A stretch of DNA of 64,000 bases. It comes from Candidatus Rokuibacteriota bacterium. GTDB lineage: Bacteria > Methylomirabilota > Methylomirabilia > Rokubacteriales > CSP1-6. Shown here in pieces: positions 50,865-60,212 of the stretch. The stretch lies in NCBI GenBank assembly GCA_016184365.1, contig JACPCW010000079.1, forward strand, positions 5,661 through 69,660. Reading direction: 5' to 3'. The notes below the pieces were generated by a model. It searched no databases, had not been told where the DNA came from, and was given only the letters and a program-made list of their open reading frames with translations. Made by a program: the position numbers and the translations under genes. How positions within the stretch are numbered: the first letter of the stretch is position 1; every line of letters starts with the position of its first letter.

Positions 50865-52676
50865 TCAGGCCGGCGCGACGGGCAGCCGCACGCGCGCCGT
50901 CGTCCCGCGGCCGTGTTCGCTCTCGATCGTGAGCTCGCCGCCGTGCGCCTGCACGAGGTGCTTCACGATCGCCAGCCCGAGCCCCGTGCCGCCGAGCTCC
51001 CGCGAGCGCGCCTTGTCGACGCGATAGAACCGCTCGGTGATGCGCGGCAGATCGGCGGCCGGAATGCCGACGCCGGTGTCCGTGACGTCGATCTCGACGC
51101 CGCCGTCGCTCGCGCGCGCCGAGAGCTTCACGCGCCCGCCCGCCGGCGTGTACTTCACGGCGTTGTCGACCAGGTTGATCAGGATCTGATGGATGCGGTC
51201 ATGATCCGCCTGCACCGCCGGCAGATCCGGCGGCAGATCGAGATCGATGGCGACGCGGCTCCCGTCCGCGCGCGGCCGGAGAATCGCGACGACCGACTCG
51301 GCGACGTCCGGGACCGCCACGGGCCCGAGGTCGAGCGTGATCTTGCCGAGCTCGATGTTCGACAGGTCGGTGAGGTCGTTCAGCAGCCGGCCCAGCCGCT
51401 CGGTGTGGCGGTGCACCACCTCGAGGAAACGCCGGCTGTCCGCGGGCTCGTCGATCGCGCCACCGAGGAGCGTTTCCACGTAGCCCTGGATCGCCGTCAG
51501 CGGCGTACGCAGCTCGTGCGACACGTTCGCGACGAACTCGGTCCGCACGCGCTCGAGGCGGCGCAGCTCGGTCACGTCGTGGAGCACCATGACGACGCCG
51601 AGCGGTCCGGCGCCGAGGCGGAGCGGCATCGCGTGCACGTCGAGCGTGCGGCGCGAGGCGCCGGTGTCGATGACCACCTCACGCCGCATCGCCGCGCTTT
51701 CGGCCACGCCGCGCGCGCGGCGCGCGACGCCGTGCAGGTCGGCGTTGCGGACGACTTCCAGCAGTGGCTTGCGCTCGCCGAGGCCCGGCGGGACGTCGAA
51801 CATGGCGCGCGCCGGCTCGTTGATCAGGAGGATCGCGTCGTGGCCGTCGACGGCGACGACGCCTTCGACCATGGCGTCGAGGATCGTCGTGACCTTCGCG
51901 TGCTCCTGCTCGAGATCCTCGATCTTGTCGCGCAGGCTCGTCGACATGGCATTGAGCGCGCGCGCGAGGCTGCCGATCTCGTCGATCGAGCGGACGGGTG
52001 CGCGCGTCCGGAAATCGCCCTCGCTCATCCGCGCGGCGATCCGCTGCATCTCGACGACGGGTCGCGTGATGCGCCGGGAGACGAAGAGGCTGATGCCCGC
52101 CGCGATGGCGAGCGCGACGATGCCGCCGATCAGCAGCGCGCGGCCGAGCGCGCGATGTGAGGCGGTGACGACGGACAGCGGCAGCGCCAGCCGCAGCACG
52201 CCGACGACGCGACCGGCGTCGGTCACGGGCTGTCCGACGTGGAGGAGTGACTCCTGCACGGTCCCCGTCGTTCGGAGATCCCGGCCGAGACGCCCGGCGA
52301 GCGCGGCCTTCACCTCGGGTCGGGCGGACTCGTTGTCGACGCGCGGCAGCTCTTCGAAGGCCACGCCGGAATCGGCGAGGACGCGCCCGTCGGCCGCGAT
52401 CAACGTGACACGCGCCCCGGTCGGACGCGCCGCACGCATGACGAGCGCCTGCAGCGCGGTCGCGGGCGCGTCGCCGGCCACGAGCATCCGCGCTTCGTCG
52501 TGCAGGAGCCGCGCCGCCGTGTGGAGCTGGCCTTCGACCGCGCGTTCCGCGAACGACTGCAGCGCCAGGCTCAGGTAGACGCCGGCGACGAAGAGCACGA
52601 GCGCGACGAAGCCGACGAGCGTGAGGGTGAGCTTGACGGAAATCCGGCTGCGCAGCCCGCGGAGGAGCGCTTCCAT
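50865..52676 (-). CDS. phoR: Phosphate regulon sensor histidine kinase
   Basis: HAMP, PAS, EFVANVSHELRTPL, ERFYRVDKARSR..GGTGLGL. Confidence 0.85.
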   Translation of the reverse strand: MEALLRGLRSRISVKLTLTLVGFVALVLFVAGVYLSLALQSFAERAVEGQLHTAARLLHDEARMLVAGDAPATALQALVMRAARPTGARVTLIAADGRVLADSGVAFEELPRVDNESARPEVKAALAGRLGRDLRTTGTVQESLLHVGQPVTDAGRVVGVLRLALPLSVVTASHRALGRALLIGGIVALAIAAGISLFVSRRITRPVVEMQRIAARMSEGDFRTRAPVRSIDEIGSLARALNAMSTSLRDKIEDLEQEHAKVTTILDAMVEGVVAVDGHDAILLINEPARAMFDVPPGLGERKPLLEVVRNADLHGVARRARGVAESAAMRREVVIDTGASRRTLDVHAMPLRLGAGPLGVVMVLHDVTELRRLERVRTEFVANVSHELRTPLTAIQGYVETLLGGAIDEPADSRRFLEVVHRHTERLGRLLNDLTDLSNIELGKITLDLGPVAVPDVAESVVAILRPRADGSRVAIDLDLPPDLPAVQADHDRIHQILINLVDNAVKYTPAGGRVKLSARASDGGVEIDVTDTGVGIPAADLPRITERFYRVDKARSRELGGTGLGLAIVKHLVQAHGGELTIESEHGRGTTARVRLPVAPA

Positions 52677-52678
52677 CG

Positions 52679-53362
52679 TCAGGCGACCTCGAGCTGGTAG
52701 CCGACGCCCTTCACGGTGACGATGCGGCGCCCCGCGTCGCCGAGCTTGGCACGGAGGCGGCGCACGTGGACGTCGACCGTGCGTGACTCGATCTCGTCGG
52801 CGCGGGCGTAGCCCCACGCGCGCTCGAGGAGCTGCTCGCGCGACAGCACGCGCCCCGGCGATTCGAGCAGCGTCTGCAGCAGCGCGAACTCGCGGGGCGC
52901 CAGCCCGATCGGCTGTCCGTCGACGTCGACCCGATGGCGCGAGACATCGAGCGTGATCCCCGACGCCGACAGCGGCGCGTCGTGCGTCGTGCGCGGCCGA
53001 TTGCGACGCAGGACCGCGCGGACGCGTGCGACGAGCTCTTTCGGCGAGAACGGCTTGACGACGTAATCATCGGCGCCGAGCTCGAGCCCGACGATGCGGT
53101 CGATCTCCTCGACCTTCGCGGTGAGCATGATGATCGGCATCGCGGCGGTCGCCGCATCGGTGCGAAGCCGGCGGCAGACTTCGAGACCGTCGATGCCGGG
53201 GAGCATGAGGTCGAGAATCACGAGATCGGGCCGGCGATTGCGCACCTCCTGCATCGCATCGGGTCCGGTCGTGGCGGTCCGCGTCTGAAACCCTTCGCGC
53301 GACAGGTGGTGGACCACCAGCGCGCGAATGTCGGATTCGTCATCGACGACCAGCACTTCCAT
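52679..53362 (-). CDS. phoB: OmpR/PhoB-family response regulator
   Basis: ILDLMLPG, GLELGADDY..KPFS, RTVDVHVRRLR.KL. Adjacent to phoR and near pst. Confidence 0.8.
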   Translation of the reverse strand: MEVLVVDDESDIRALVVHHLSREGFQTRTATTGPDAMQEVRNRRPDLVILDLMLPGIDGLEVCRRLRTDAATAAMPIIMLTAKVEEIDRIVGLELGADDYVVKPFSPKELVARVRAVLRRNRPRTTHDAPLSASGITLDVSRHRVDVDGQPIGLAPREFALLQTLLESPGRVLSREQLLERAWGYARADEIESRTVDVHVRRLRAKLGDAGRRIVTVKGVGYQLEVA

Positions 53363-53465
53363 GCCGTGCCGATTCTACGCCGCGCCTCGCATCGACGCGT
53401 CGCGTTGGACGCGGTCGCCGTCGTGCGACGACGGCGGCGGGCCGGACGCGATCGACCGGTGGTGC

Positions 53466-53618
53466 GGCCGGCGGCGGCGGGCCGGGGAGGGGCTCGCAGC
53501 CCACGAGATTTCAGCACCCATCACCGTTTGAGCCGTTCCCACTCCCCACGCCGTGGTCGACTTCACCCGCGGCAGGCACGGGTCTGTCGAGCCCCTCCCC
53601 GACCCACCGCCGCCGGCC
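53466..53618 (-). repeat. Structured element family B copy 2
   Basis: 31-nt inverted arms (53466-53496 / 53588-53618, 2 mismatches) around the same core. Confidence 0.9.
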
Positions 53619-53743
53619 ACAACGCGCGCGCCGCGGGCATCGCGCAGAAGCGCGCAGAGCGCACGCGCCGCGGCGCGCGTCGTCGCACGACGCCGCGAAG
53701 CGGCGGGTTCGGAACGTCGTGGAGCGACGGGCAACGGGTGAGG

Positions 53744-53891
53744 CGCGGGCGGTCGAGGTGGGAGGGGTCCGACAGACGCGTGCCTGCCGCGGGTGATGTC
53801 GAAGCAGCGGTGGCCGAGTGGGAACGGCTCAAGCGGTGATGGGTGCTGAAATCTCGTCGGCTGCGGACCCCTCCCACCTCGGCCGCCCGCG
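53744..53891 (+). repeat. Structured element family B copy 3, inverted relative to copy 2
   Basis: 28-nt arms (53744-53771 / 53864-53891, one G-T pair). Core GAGTGGGAACGGCTCAAGCGGTGATGGGTGCTGAAATCTCGT. Confidence 0.9.
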
Positions 53892-53979
53892 GCCGCAACG
53901 CGTCGTCCGGCCCGTACACGACGCCCGTCGTCCGGCCCGTGGACGCGGCGTGGGGCGATGACGAGCGACGACGCGCGCG

Positions 53980-55287
53980 TCAGGCGCGCGGCGGATCGAG
54001 GACCGCGAGCGGGACGAAGCTCGGCTGACCGAACAGACGGTCCGCGAGGATCGTGAGGATCGGGCTGATGGCGAAGAGGTTGCCGAACTGCGAGTGCAGC
54101 ACGAAGCGCTGCTCGACGAGGCGGACCGCTTCCTTGAGATCCGCGATCCCAGCGATCCGCCGCCCAGACCGGTACGCGCGAACCTTGGCGACCCAGCGCG
54201 TGAACGCATGCAGCGCGAGCAGCGTGTGGTAGCCGCGAAACACGCCGTGCATCGGCGTGAGCGTCTTGCGCCAGACGACGTGGCTCCAGTATTCGCGCAG
54301 GAACGCGTCGCTCTCGGGATCGTCGGCGAGGCGCACGTGCGCGATCGACGCGAGGTCGAGCGCTTCGCCGCCGGTGACGAGATCGGGCACGCGCCCGCGG
54401 TTCTTGCGGAACCGGAAATAGTCGGCGTAGAGCGACGCGACGAGCACCACGCGAGACACCTGCAAGCGCGACAGGCGCAGCCACGCGAAGAGCGGCGCCA
54501 GATGCGCGTGTGACGGGCGCCGCGGATAGCGCACGCTCGCCGCGATGTCGAAGAGCCGCGCGTACCGTTCGTCGCGCAGCTGGCCGATCGCGGACGCGAT
54601 CGTCTCGCGGGCGGCCGCCGCGGTGTCGGGCTTCTGCTTCGCGACCTGCGCGAGGCTGACCGCGAGGTTGACGAGGACGCTCCCGGCGATGAGCGCGTGC
54701 GCCAGTGACCGGTCCGGAGTACCGAGGATGTCGAGCAGCGCGGCCTCGATCACACGGTAATCCTCCCAGCCGATGTCGATCCCGGAATAGAGGACGATCG
54801 ACCCGGGCACGGCGCCGACGCGAGAGCTGCCGGCCAGCACGTCGCGGATCTCGTCCTGCTGCACGCCGAGCGACCGGCCGTGATGGGCGCGCACCGCGGT
54901 GCACGCGAACGACACGCCGACCGCGACGCCGTCGGGCGTGTCGACGAAGTAGTAGGGGAACTCGCGGCAGACCTGCGGCTTCGCCGCATGACCGAGCGTG
55001 CTGTGGATGCCGCACTTTTCACCGGGGCCGAGGAAGACACACGCGCCGTCCCGCTTGCGCGCGAACGTGAGCGTCTCGCCGCCGGCCAGCGGCAGCGGCA
55101 GCTTCACGAATTTCTCGCCGGGCGGCAGCGACGGATCGAGCGCGGTCCAGTCGACGCTCGCGAGCCGCTCGGCCGACGGATCGTCCACGCCGATCAGCCA
55201 GTCGTTGCGGCAGCACGCGCCGGAGTTCTGGCAGGTGAAGACGACGTCGCCGGGGATCAGAAGCTTGCGGTCCCGGTGTTCCTGCAT
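53980..55287 (-). CDS. YkgJ/CxxCxxCC-family Zn/Fe-S cluster protein with a long C-terminal domain
   Basis: FTCQNSGACC, CVFL...KCGIH, KPQVCREFP. Confidence 0.75.
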   Translation of the reverse strand: MQEHRDRKLLIPGDVVFTCQNSGACCRNDWLIGVDDPSAERLASVDWTALDPSLPPGEKFVKLPLPLAGGETLTFARKRDGACVFLGPGEKCGIHSTLGHAAKPQVCREFPYYFVDTPDGVAVGVSFACTAVRAHHGRSLGVQQDEIRDVLAGSSRVGAVPGSIVLYSGIDIGWEDYRVIEAALLDILGTPDRSLAHALIAGSVLVNLAVSLAQVAKQKPDTAAAARETIASAIGQLRDERYARLFDIAASVRYPRRPSHAHLAPLFAWLRLSRLQVSRVVLVASLYADYFRFRKNRGRVPDLVTGGEALDLASIAHVRLADDPESDAFLREYWSHVVWRKTLTPMHGVFRGYHTLLALHAFTRWVAKVRAYRSGRRIAGIADLKEAVRLVEQRFVLHSQFGNLFAISPILTILADRLFGQPSFVPLAVLDPPRA

Positions 55288-55343
55288 CGACCCAGCATAG
55301 ATGATCGGCCCGCGCGGTGTGCAGCACGGTGCAGCGTTGTCGC

Positions 55344-55359
55344 TGGCCCGCGCGATGCA
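55344..55359 (+). promoter_or_regulatory. Putative sigma-54 promoter
   Basis: TGGCCC-GCGCG-ATGCA (GG-N10-GC), about 40 nt before the ATG. Confidence 0.5.
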
Positions 55360-55400
55360 TTCCTGCCGGTCCGGGTCATGTCGGCCCGAGGAGGCGCGCC

Positions 55401-55991
55401 ATGGAAAGGCCGTTCAATCACTGGAAGGCGACGGCGATCGGGATGGGACTGGTGCTCGTCACGGCAATCCTGACCGGCCTCGTCGTGGCGGGCTGGTACG
55501 GGCCGGAGCGTCCGGGGCCGCAGTCGGAGATCGCGCCGGCCGCGAGTCCGGCCGTGGAGCTGCCGGCGCGTGATGCCGCGAAGCCCCTCGCGAGCGAGCC
55601 GGCGGTGAAGCCGACCGCGCAGCCGACGCAGACCGCCCAGGCGACCTCGGCGCCGCGCGCAGCGTCGTCGGTGCCGTCGAAGTCGGTGACCGACGCGTGC
55701 AACCAGTACGCGGCGCGCCAGGCCGGCAGCGGACCGGCGACGACGAAGGACAAGACGATCGAGGTCGTGAAGGATGCCGCCGTCGGCGCAGTCGGCGGCG
55801 CCGCGATCGGCGCCCTGGGTGGGGCGATCGCCGACGGCGGCAAGGGGGCGGGGAAGGGCGCCGCGATCGGCGGAATCGCGGGTGGCGGCGCCGGCACGCT
55901 CTACGGCATCTACGCGAACAGGAAGAACGACGAGGCGTACCGGACGGCCTACGCGAGCTGCATGAAAAACCGCGGGTTCACCAGCGGCTAG
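55401..55991 (+). CDS. Glycine-zipper (YMGG-like) membrane protein
   Basis: N-terminal TM, Pro/Ala linker, GAVGGAAIGALGGAI..GKGAAIGG, Cys pair. GAGGAGG RBS. Confidence 0.75.
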   Translation: MERPFNHWKATAIGMGLVLVTAILTGLVVAGWYGPERPGPQSEIAPAASPAVELPARDAAKPLASEPAVKPTAQPTQTAQATSAPRAASSVPSKSVTDACNQYAARQAGSGPATTKDKTIEVVKDAAVGAVGGAAIGALGGAIADGGKGAGKGAAIGGIAGGGAGTLYGIYANRKNDEAYRTAYASCMKNRGFTSG

Positions 55992-56169
55992 CGCGCTTTA
56001 TTCCTGAACGATCGCGCGTGAGCCGCCGAAACCGAGCGCCGGGCTGGGGATCGCTCCGGCATTCCGCGAGTGGATCGCCCGCTCGCCGAGAGTCGCGGAT
56101 GCCGTTCGGCTCGTGCGCGCCGCGCTCATGAATAGTCCGGGCTAGACAACCTCTGCTACGCTGCCGCCC

Positions 56170-58191
56170 ATGTTCGTCGTCGGGATCGACGTGGGCGGCA
56201 CGTTCACCGACGTGACCGCGGTCGACGAGGCCACCGGCCGGGTCACGGTCACGAAGGTGCCGTCGCGCCCGCGTGACGAAGCGGGCGCGGTGCTCGCCGG
56301 CCTCGCGGCGCTGGCGATTCCCGACGGCGGTGTCCGCCGGCTCGTCCACGGCACCACCGTCGGGACCAACGCCGTGCTCGAGCGCCGCGGCGCGCGCGTC
56401 GCGCTGCTGACGACCGAGGGCTTTCGCGATCTGCTCGAGATCGGCCGCACGAAGCGCAACATTCCCGCGCTGTTCATCCCGACCTTCGTGCGCCCGAAGC
56501 CGGTGGTGCCGCGTGCGCTGCGGTTCGAGGTGGCCGAGCGCCTGCTGCACGACGGCTCGGTGCTCCGGCCGCTCGACGCCGGCGACGTCGCGCGCGCCAT
56601 CGGCGAGCTCGAGGCGACCGGCGCGGAAGCGGTCGCCGTGTGTCTGCTCCACGCATGGGCGAACCCGGCGCACGAGCGCATGCTCGGCGAGGCGCTCAAG
56701 GCGCGCCTGCCCCACGTGCCGGTCTCGCTCTCGTCGGACGTCGTGCCCGAGTACCGGGAGTTCGAGCGGTTCTCCACGACGGTCCTGAACGCCTACCTCC
56801 AGCCGCTGCTGGACCGGTACCTCGCGGCGCTCGAGGAACGGCTGCACGCCGCGGGGGTCCTTCCCGGGGTGTTGACGATCGGCTCCGCGGGCGGCGTGCT
56901 CTCGTCCGAGACGGCGCGGCGCCTGCCGATCCGCACGATCCTGTCCGGCCCGGCCGGCGGCGTGAGCCAGGCGTGTTTCATCGCCGAGCGCGCCGGCCTC
57001 CGCGACTTCATCACCTACGACATGGGCGGGACGTCGACGGACGTCTGCCTGATCCGCGACCTCGATCCCGTGACGACGACCGACAATCTCATCGGCGGCT
57101 TTCCCGTGAAGACGCCGCAGATCGATCTCCGCACGGTCGGCGCCGGCGGCGGCAGCGTCGCCTGGCTCGACGTCGACGGCAGTCTGCAGGTCGGCCCGCG
57201 CAGCGCCGGCGCGCGGCCCGGCCCGGCGGCGTACGGTCTGGGCGGCACCGAGCCGACGGTCACGGACGCGAACGTCGTGCTCGGCCGGATCGGCGTGACG
57301 CGCACGCTCGGCGGCGCCATCACGATCGATCCCGGGGCGGCGACGCGCGCCGTCGAGGGCCTCGCGCAGCGTGTCGCGCTCGACGTCCACGCGACCGCCG
57401 ACGGCATCATCCGCATCGCCGTCGCGCGCATGGTGTCGTCGATCCGCGAGATCTCGATCCAGCGCGGTCACGACCCGCGCGATTTCACGCTCATCGCGTA
57501 CGGCGGCGCCGGTCCGATGCACGCGGTCGCGATCGCCGCGGAGCTCGGGCTGCCGCGCGTGCTCGTGCCGCGGCATCCCGGGAACTTCTCGGCGCTCGGA
57601 CTGCTCGTGTCCGATCTCAAGCACGACGACGTCCGCACGCACCTCGGCCCGCTCCGCGACCGGATCGGCGGCGTCGGCGCGCTCTTCGCGGAGATGGAGC
57701 GCGTCGCCGCCGGCCGCCTCGAGGCCGATGGCTTCGGCGCGACGGCCAGACGCATCGAGCGCTCGCTCGATCTTCGCTACGCCGGGCAGGCGTTCGAGCT
57801 CGCCGTGCCCGTCGACACGCGGCTCGAGCTCGCGGTCATCGAGCGCGAGTTCCATCGGCGCCACGAGGCGGCCTACGGCCACGCGAACCTCGCCGGCCAG
57901 ATCGAGCTGGTGAACGCGCGCATCGCGGCCTACGGCGTCGTCACGAAGCCGGAGCCTCCGCGGTATCGCAGCGACGGCGTGCGTCTGGACGACGCGCGCG
58001 TCGAGACGCGTCGCCTCTGGTTCGACGGTGAGCCCGTCGACTGTCCGGTCTGGGACCGTGACCGGCTGCCGGAAGGCGGCCGCTTCGCGGGGCCGGCGCT
58101 GATCGAAGAGTTCGGCTCGACGACCGTGGTACCGCCCGGCTGGCGCGGGGCGATCGACGAGCCCGGCAATCTGCTGCTGGAGCGCGCGTGA
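56170..58191 (+). CDS. Hydantoinase A / 5-oxoprolinase ATP-binding subunit (second copy)
   Basis: GIDVGGTFTD, HGTTVGTN, SGPAGG, DMGGTSTD. Leaderless-type promoter. Confidence 0.92.
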   Translation: MFVVGIDVGGTFTDVTAVDEATGRVTVTKVPSRPRDEAGAVLAGLAALAIPDGGVRRLVHGTTVGTNAVLERRGARVALLTTEGFRDLLEIGRTKRNIPALFIPTFVRPKPVVPRALRFEVAERLLHDGSVLRPLDAGDVARAIGELEATGAEAVAVCLLHAWANPAHERMLGEALKARLPHVPVSLSSDVVPEYREFERFSTTVLNAYLQPLLDRYLAALEERLHAAGVLPGVLTIGSAGGVLSSETARRLPIRTILSGPAGGVSQACFIAERAGLRDFITYDMGGTSTDVCLIRDLDPVTTTDNLIGGFPVKTPQIDLRTVGAGGGSVAWLDVDGSLQVGPRSAGARPGPAAYGLGGTEPTVTDANVVLGRIGVTRTLGGAITIDPGAATRAVEGLAQRVALDVHATADGIIRIAVARMVSSIREISIQRGHDPRDFTLIAYGGAGPMHAVAIAAELGLPRVLVPRHPGNFSALGLLVSDLKHDDVRTHLGPLRDRIGGVGALFAEMERVAAGRLEADGFGATARRIERSLDLRYAGQAFELAVPVDTRLELAVIEREFHRRHEAAYGHANLAGQIELVNARIAAYGVVTKPEPPRYRSDGVRLDDARVETRRLWFDGEPVDCPVWDRDRLPEGGRFAGPALIEEFGSTTVVPPGWRGAIDEPGNLLLERA

Positions 58192-60203
58192 CCATGGGAG
58201 GGCGAGTCGATCCCATCACGCTCGAAGTCCTGCGCGAGGCCTTTTCGTCGATCGTGCGCGAGATGCGGGTGACGCTGCTCCGCACCGCGTATTCGTCGAT
58301 CCTCTACGAGGGCGAGGACTTCTCGTGCGTGCTCATGGACGGTACGGCGCAGATCGTCGCCATGTCCAAGGGGCAGGACCATCCGCTCCACATCGTGCCG
58401 ATCAGCTGGTCCATGGGCGCGGTGCGCGAGCGCTTCGGCGACGACATCCATCCGGGCGACATCTTCCTGCACAACGACCCCTACACGGGCGGCACGCACC
58501 TGAACGACGTCGCGATGATCTACCCGCTCTTCGTCGACGGCGCGCTCTTCATGTTCCCCGTCGTGCGCGCGCACTGGGGCGACGTCGGCGGCATGAGCCC
58601 GGGCAGCCTGTCGGGACGCGCGACGGAGATCTACCAGGAAGGCGTCCGCATCCCGCCGATCCGGATCGTCGACCGCGGACGACCGAACCAGGCGGCGCTC
58701 GACATCATCTTCGGCAACGTGCGCGGGCCGGAAGACCGCGAGGGCGACTTCCGCGCCATGATCGGGACGTGCCGCAAGGCGGCGGACCGCGTGGAGGAGC
58801 TCGTCGCGCGCTACGGCGCCGGGACGCTGCGGGCGGCGATGCACGAGCTCTTCGACCGCGCCGAGGCGCGGATGCGCCGGCGCATCCGCGAGCTCCCGCC
58901 CGGCGAGTACCGGTACGAGGCCTACCTGGAGGGCGGGCGCGACCGGTTCGAGCCCCTGACGATCCGCGCGCGCGTCGTCATCGAGGGCGACGCGATCACC
59001 GTCGACCTGACGGGCACCTCGCCCCAGACCGCCGGGCCGACGAACGTCGGCCCGGCGATGGCGCCGACCGGCGCGTTCACGATCGTGAAGTCGTTCCTCG
59101 ATCCCGGGGGCGACATCAACTCCGGGGCGTTCCGGCCTCTGACGGTCATCGCGCCGGAGGGCACGATCGTGAACGCGCGGCGGCCGGCGCCGTGCGGCGG
59201 CATGGTCGAGGTGAAGTCCGGCGTCGAGTCCGCGGTGATGGGCGCGCTGGCGCAGGCGATGGCGGGCCAGGTGACGGGCGATTTGAAGGGTGGCGGCAAC
59301 CATTGTTACATCGGCAGCGCCTCCTTCATCTTCTACGAGTACCCGGCGGGGGGGACGGGCGGCTTCGACGGCGGCGACGGCTCGAACACGGTGCGCGCCT
59401 TCACCGAGAGCGACATGACGACGCTCCAGCCCGTCGAAGCCGTCGAGCAGAAGTACCCGCTGCGCGTGGAGCGGACGGCGCTGCGCGTCGATTCGGGCGG
59501 GCCGGGACGCTGGCGCGGCGGCGTCGGCCTCACGCGCGAGGTCCGGCTGCTCGTCGATCGCGCGCAGCTCTCCGTCCTCGCCGAGCGCAGTCTGCTGCCG
59601 CCGTATGGCGTGTGCGGGGCCGCGGCCGGCGCGCCCAACCGCTTCTGGGTGCGGCGCGACGGCGCGGCCGTCGAACCGTCGCCGGTGCCCGGCAAGGTGA
59701 GCGGGTTTCCGCTGCTGGCCGGTGACGTCGTCGTGATGGAGTCGTCCGGCGGCGGCGGCTACGGCGACCCGCTCGAGCGCGATGTCGCGCTCGTCGCCGC
59801 CGATCTCGCGGAAGGCGTCGTCACCGCGCGCGGCGCCGCGGACGTCTACGGCGTCGTGTCGACCGGCGGCGTCATCGATCCCGCCGCGACCGTGCAGCAC
59901 CGACGCGAGCTTCGCGCCGCGCGGGTGGCCGTGACGATCGCCGCCGGCGACGGGTTCGACGAGACGCGCGTGCGCGAGGTGCGGATCGATCAGGCGACGG
60001 CGCGTCGTCTCGTCGTGTCGGTCGGCGACGTCGTCGAGCTGGTCAATCCGACGGGCGCGCCGCTCCGACTGTGGGTCGTGGCCATCGACGATGGACCGCC
60101 CGCGCGCGCCGTCGTATCGCACGAGGCCGCGGCCATCCTTCGCGCCGGCGACGGAACGCGCGCGGAGATCCGCCGCGTCTATGCGGCGAGCGCTGTCGGC
60201 TAG
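58188..60203 (+). CDS. Hydantoinase B / 5-oxoprolinase subunit (second copy) with C-terminal extension
   Basis: DPITLEV, NDPY.GGTHLND, HWGDVGG..PGS, GGGGYGDPLER. Confidence 0.9.
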   Translation: MTMGGRVDPITLEVLREAFSSIVREMRVTLLRTAYSSILYEGEDFSCVLMDGTAQIVAMSKGQDHPLHIVPISWSMGAVRERFGDDIHPGDIFLHNDPYTGGTHLNDVAMIYPLFVDGALFMFPVVRAHWGDVGGMSPGSLSGRATEIYQEGVRIPPIRIVDRGRPNQAALDIIFGNVRGPEDREGDFRAMIGTCRKAADRVEELVARYGAGTLRAAMHELFDRAEARMRRRIRELPPGEYRYEAYLEGGRDRFEPLTIRARVVIEGDAITVDLTGTSPQTAGPTNVGPAMAPTGAFTIVKSFLDPGGDINSGAFRPLTVIAPEGTIVNARRPAPCGGMVEVKSGVESAVMGALAQAMAGQVTGDLKGGGNHCYIGSASFIFYEYPAGGTGGFDGGDGSNTVRAFTESDMTTLQPVEAVEQKYPLRVERTALRVDSGGPGRWRGGVGLTREVRLLVDRAQLSVLAERSLLPPYGVCGAAAGAPNRFWVRRDGAAVEPSPVPGKVSGFPLLAGDVVVMESSGGGGYGDPLERDVALVAADLAEGVVTARGAADVYGVVSTGGVIDPAATVQHRRELRAARVAVTIAAGDGFDETRVREVRIDQATARRLVVSVGDVVELVNPTGAPLRLWVVAIDDGPPARAVVSHEAAAILRAGDGTRAEIRRVYAASAVG

Positions 60204-60212
60204 GCTCCCGGA

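Noticed and set aside
53775-53839. Family B core as a conserved peptide (AEWERLKR*)
   Set aside because: A 1-nt length difference between copies breaks the frame, and there is no common start
55992-56150. Short minus-strand ORF and weak palindromes in the intergenic gap
   Set aside because: No RBS, motif or second copy to support a feature
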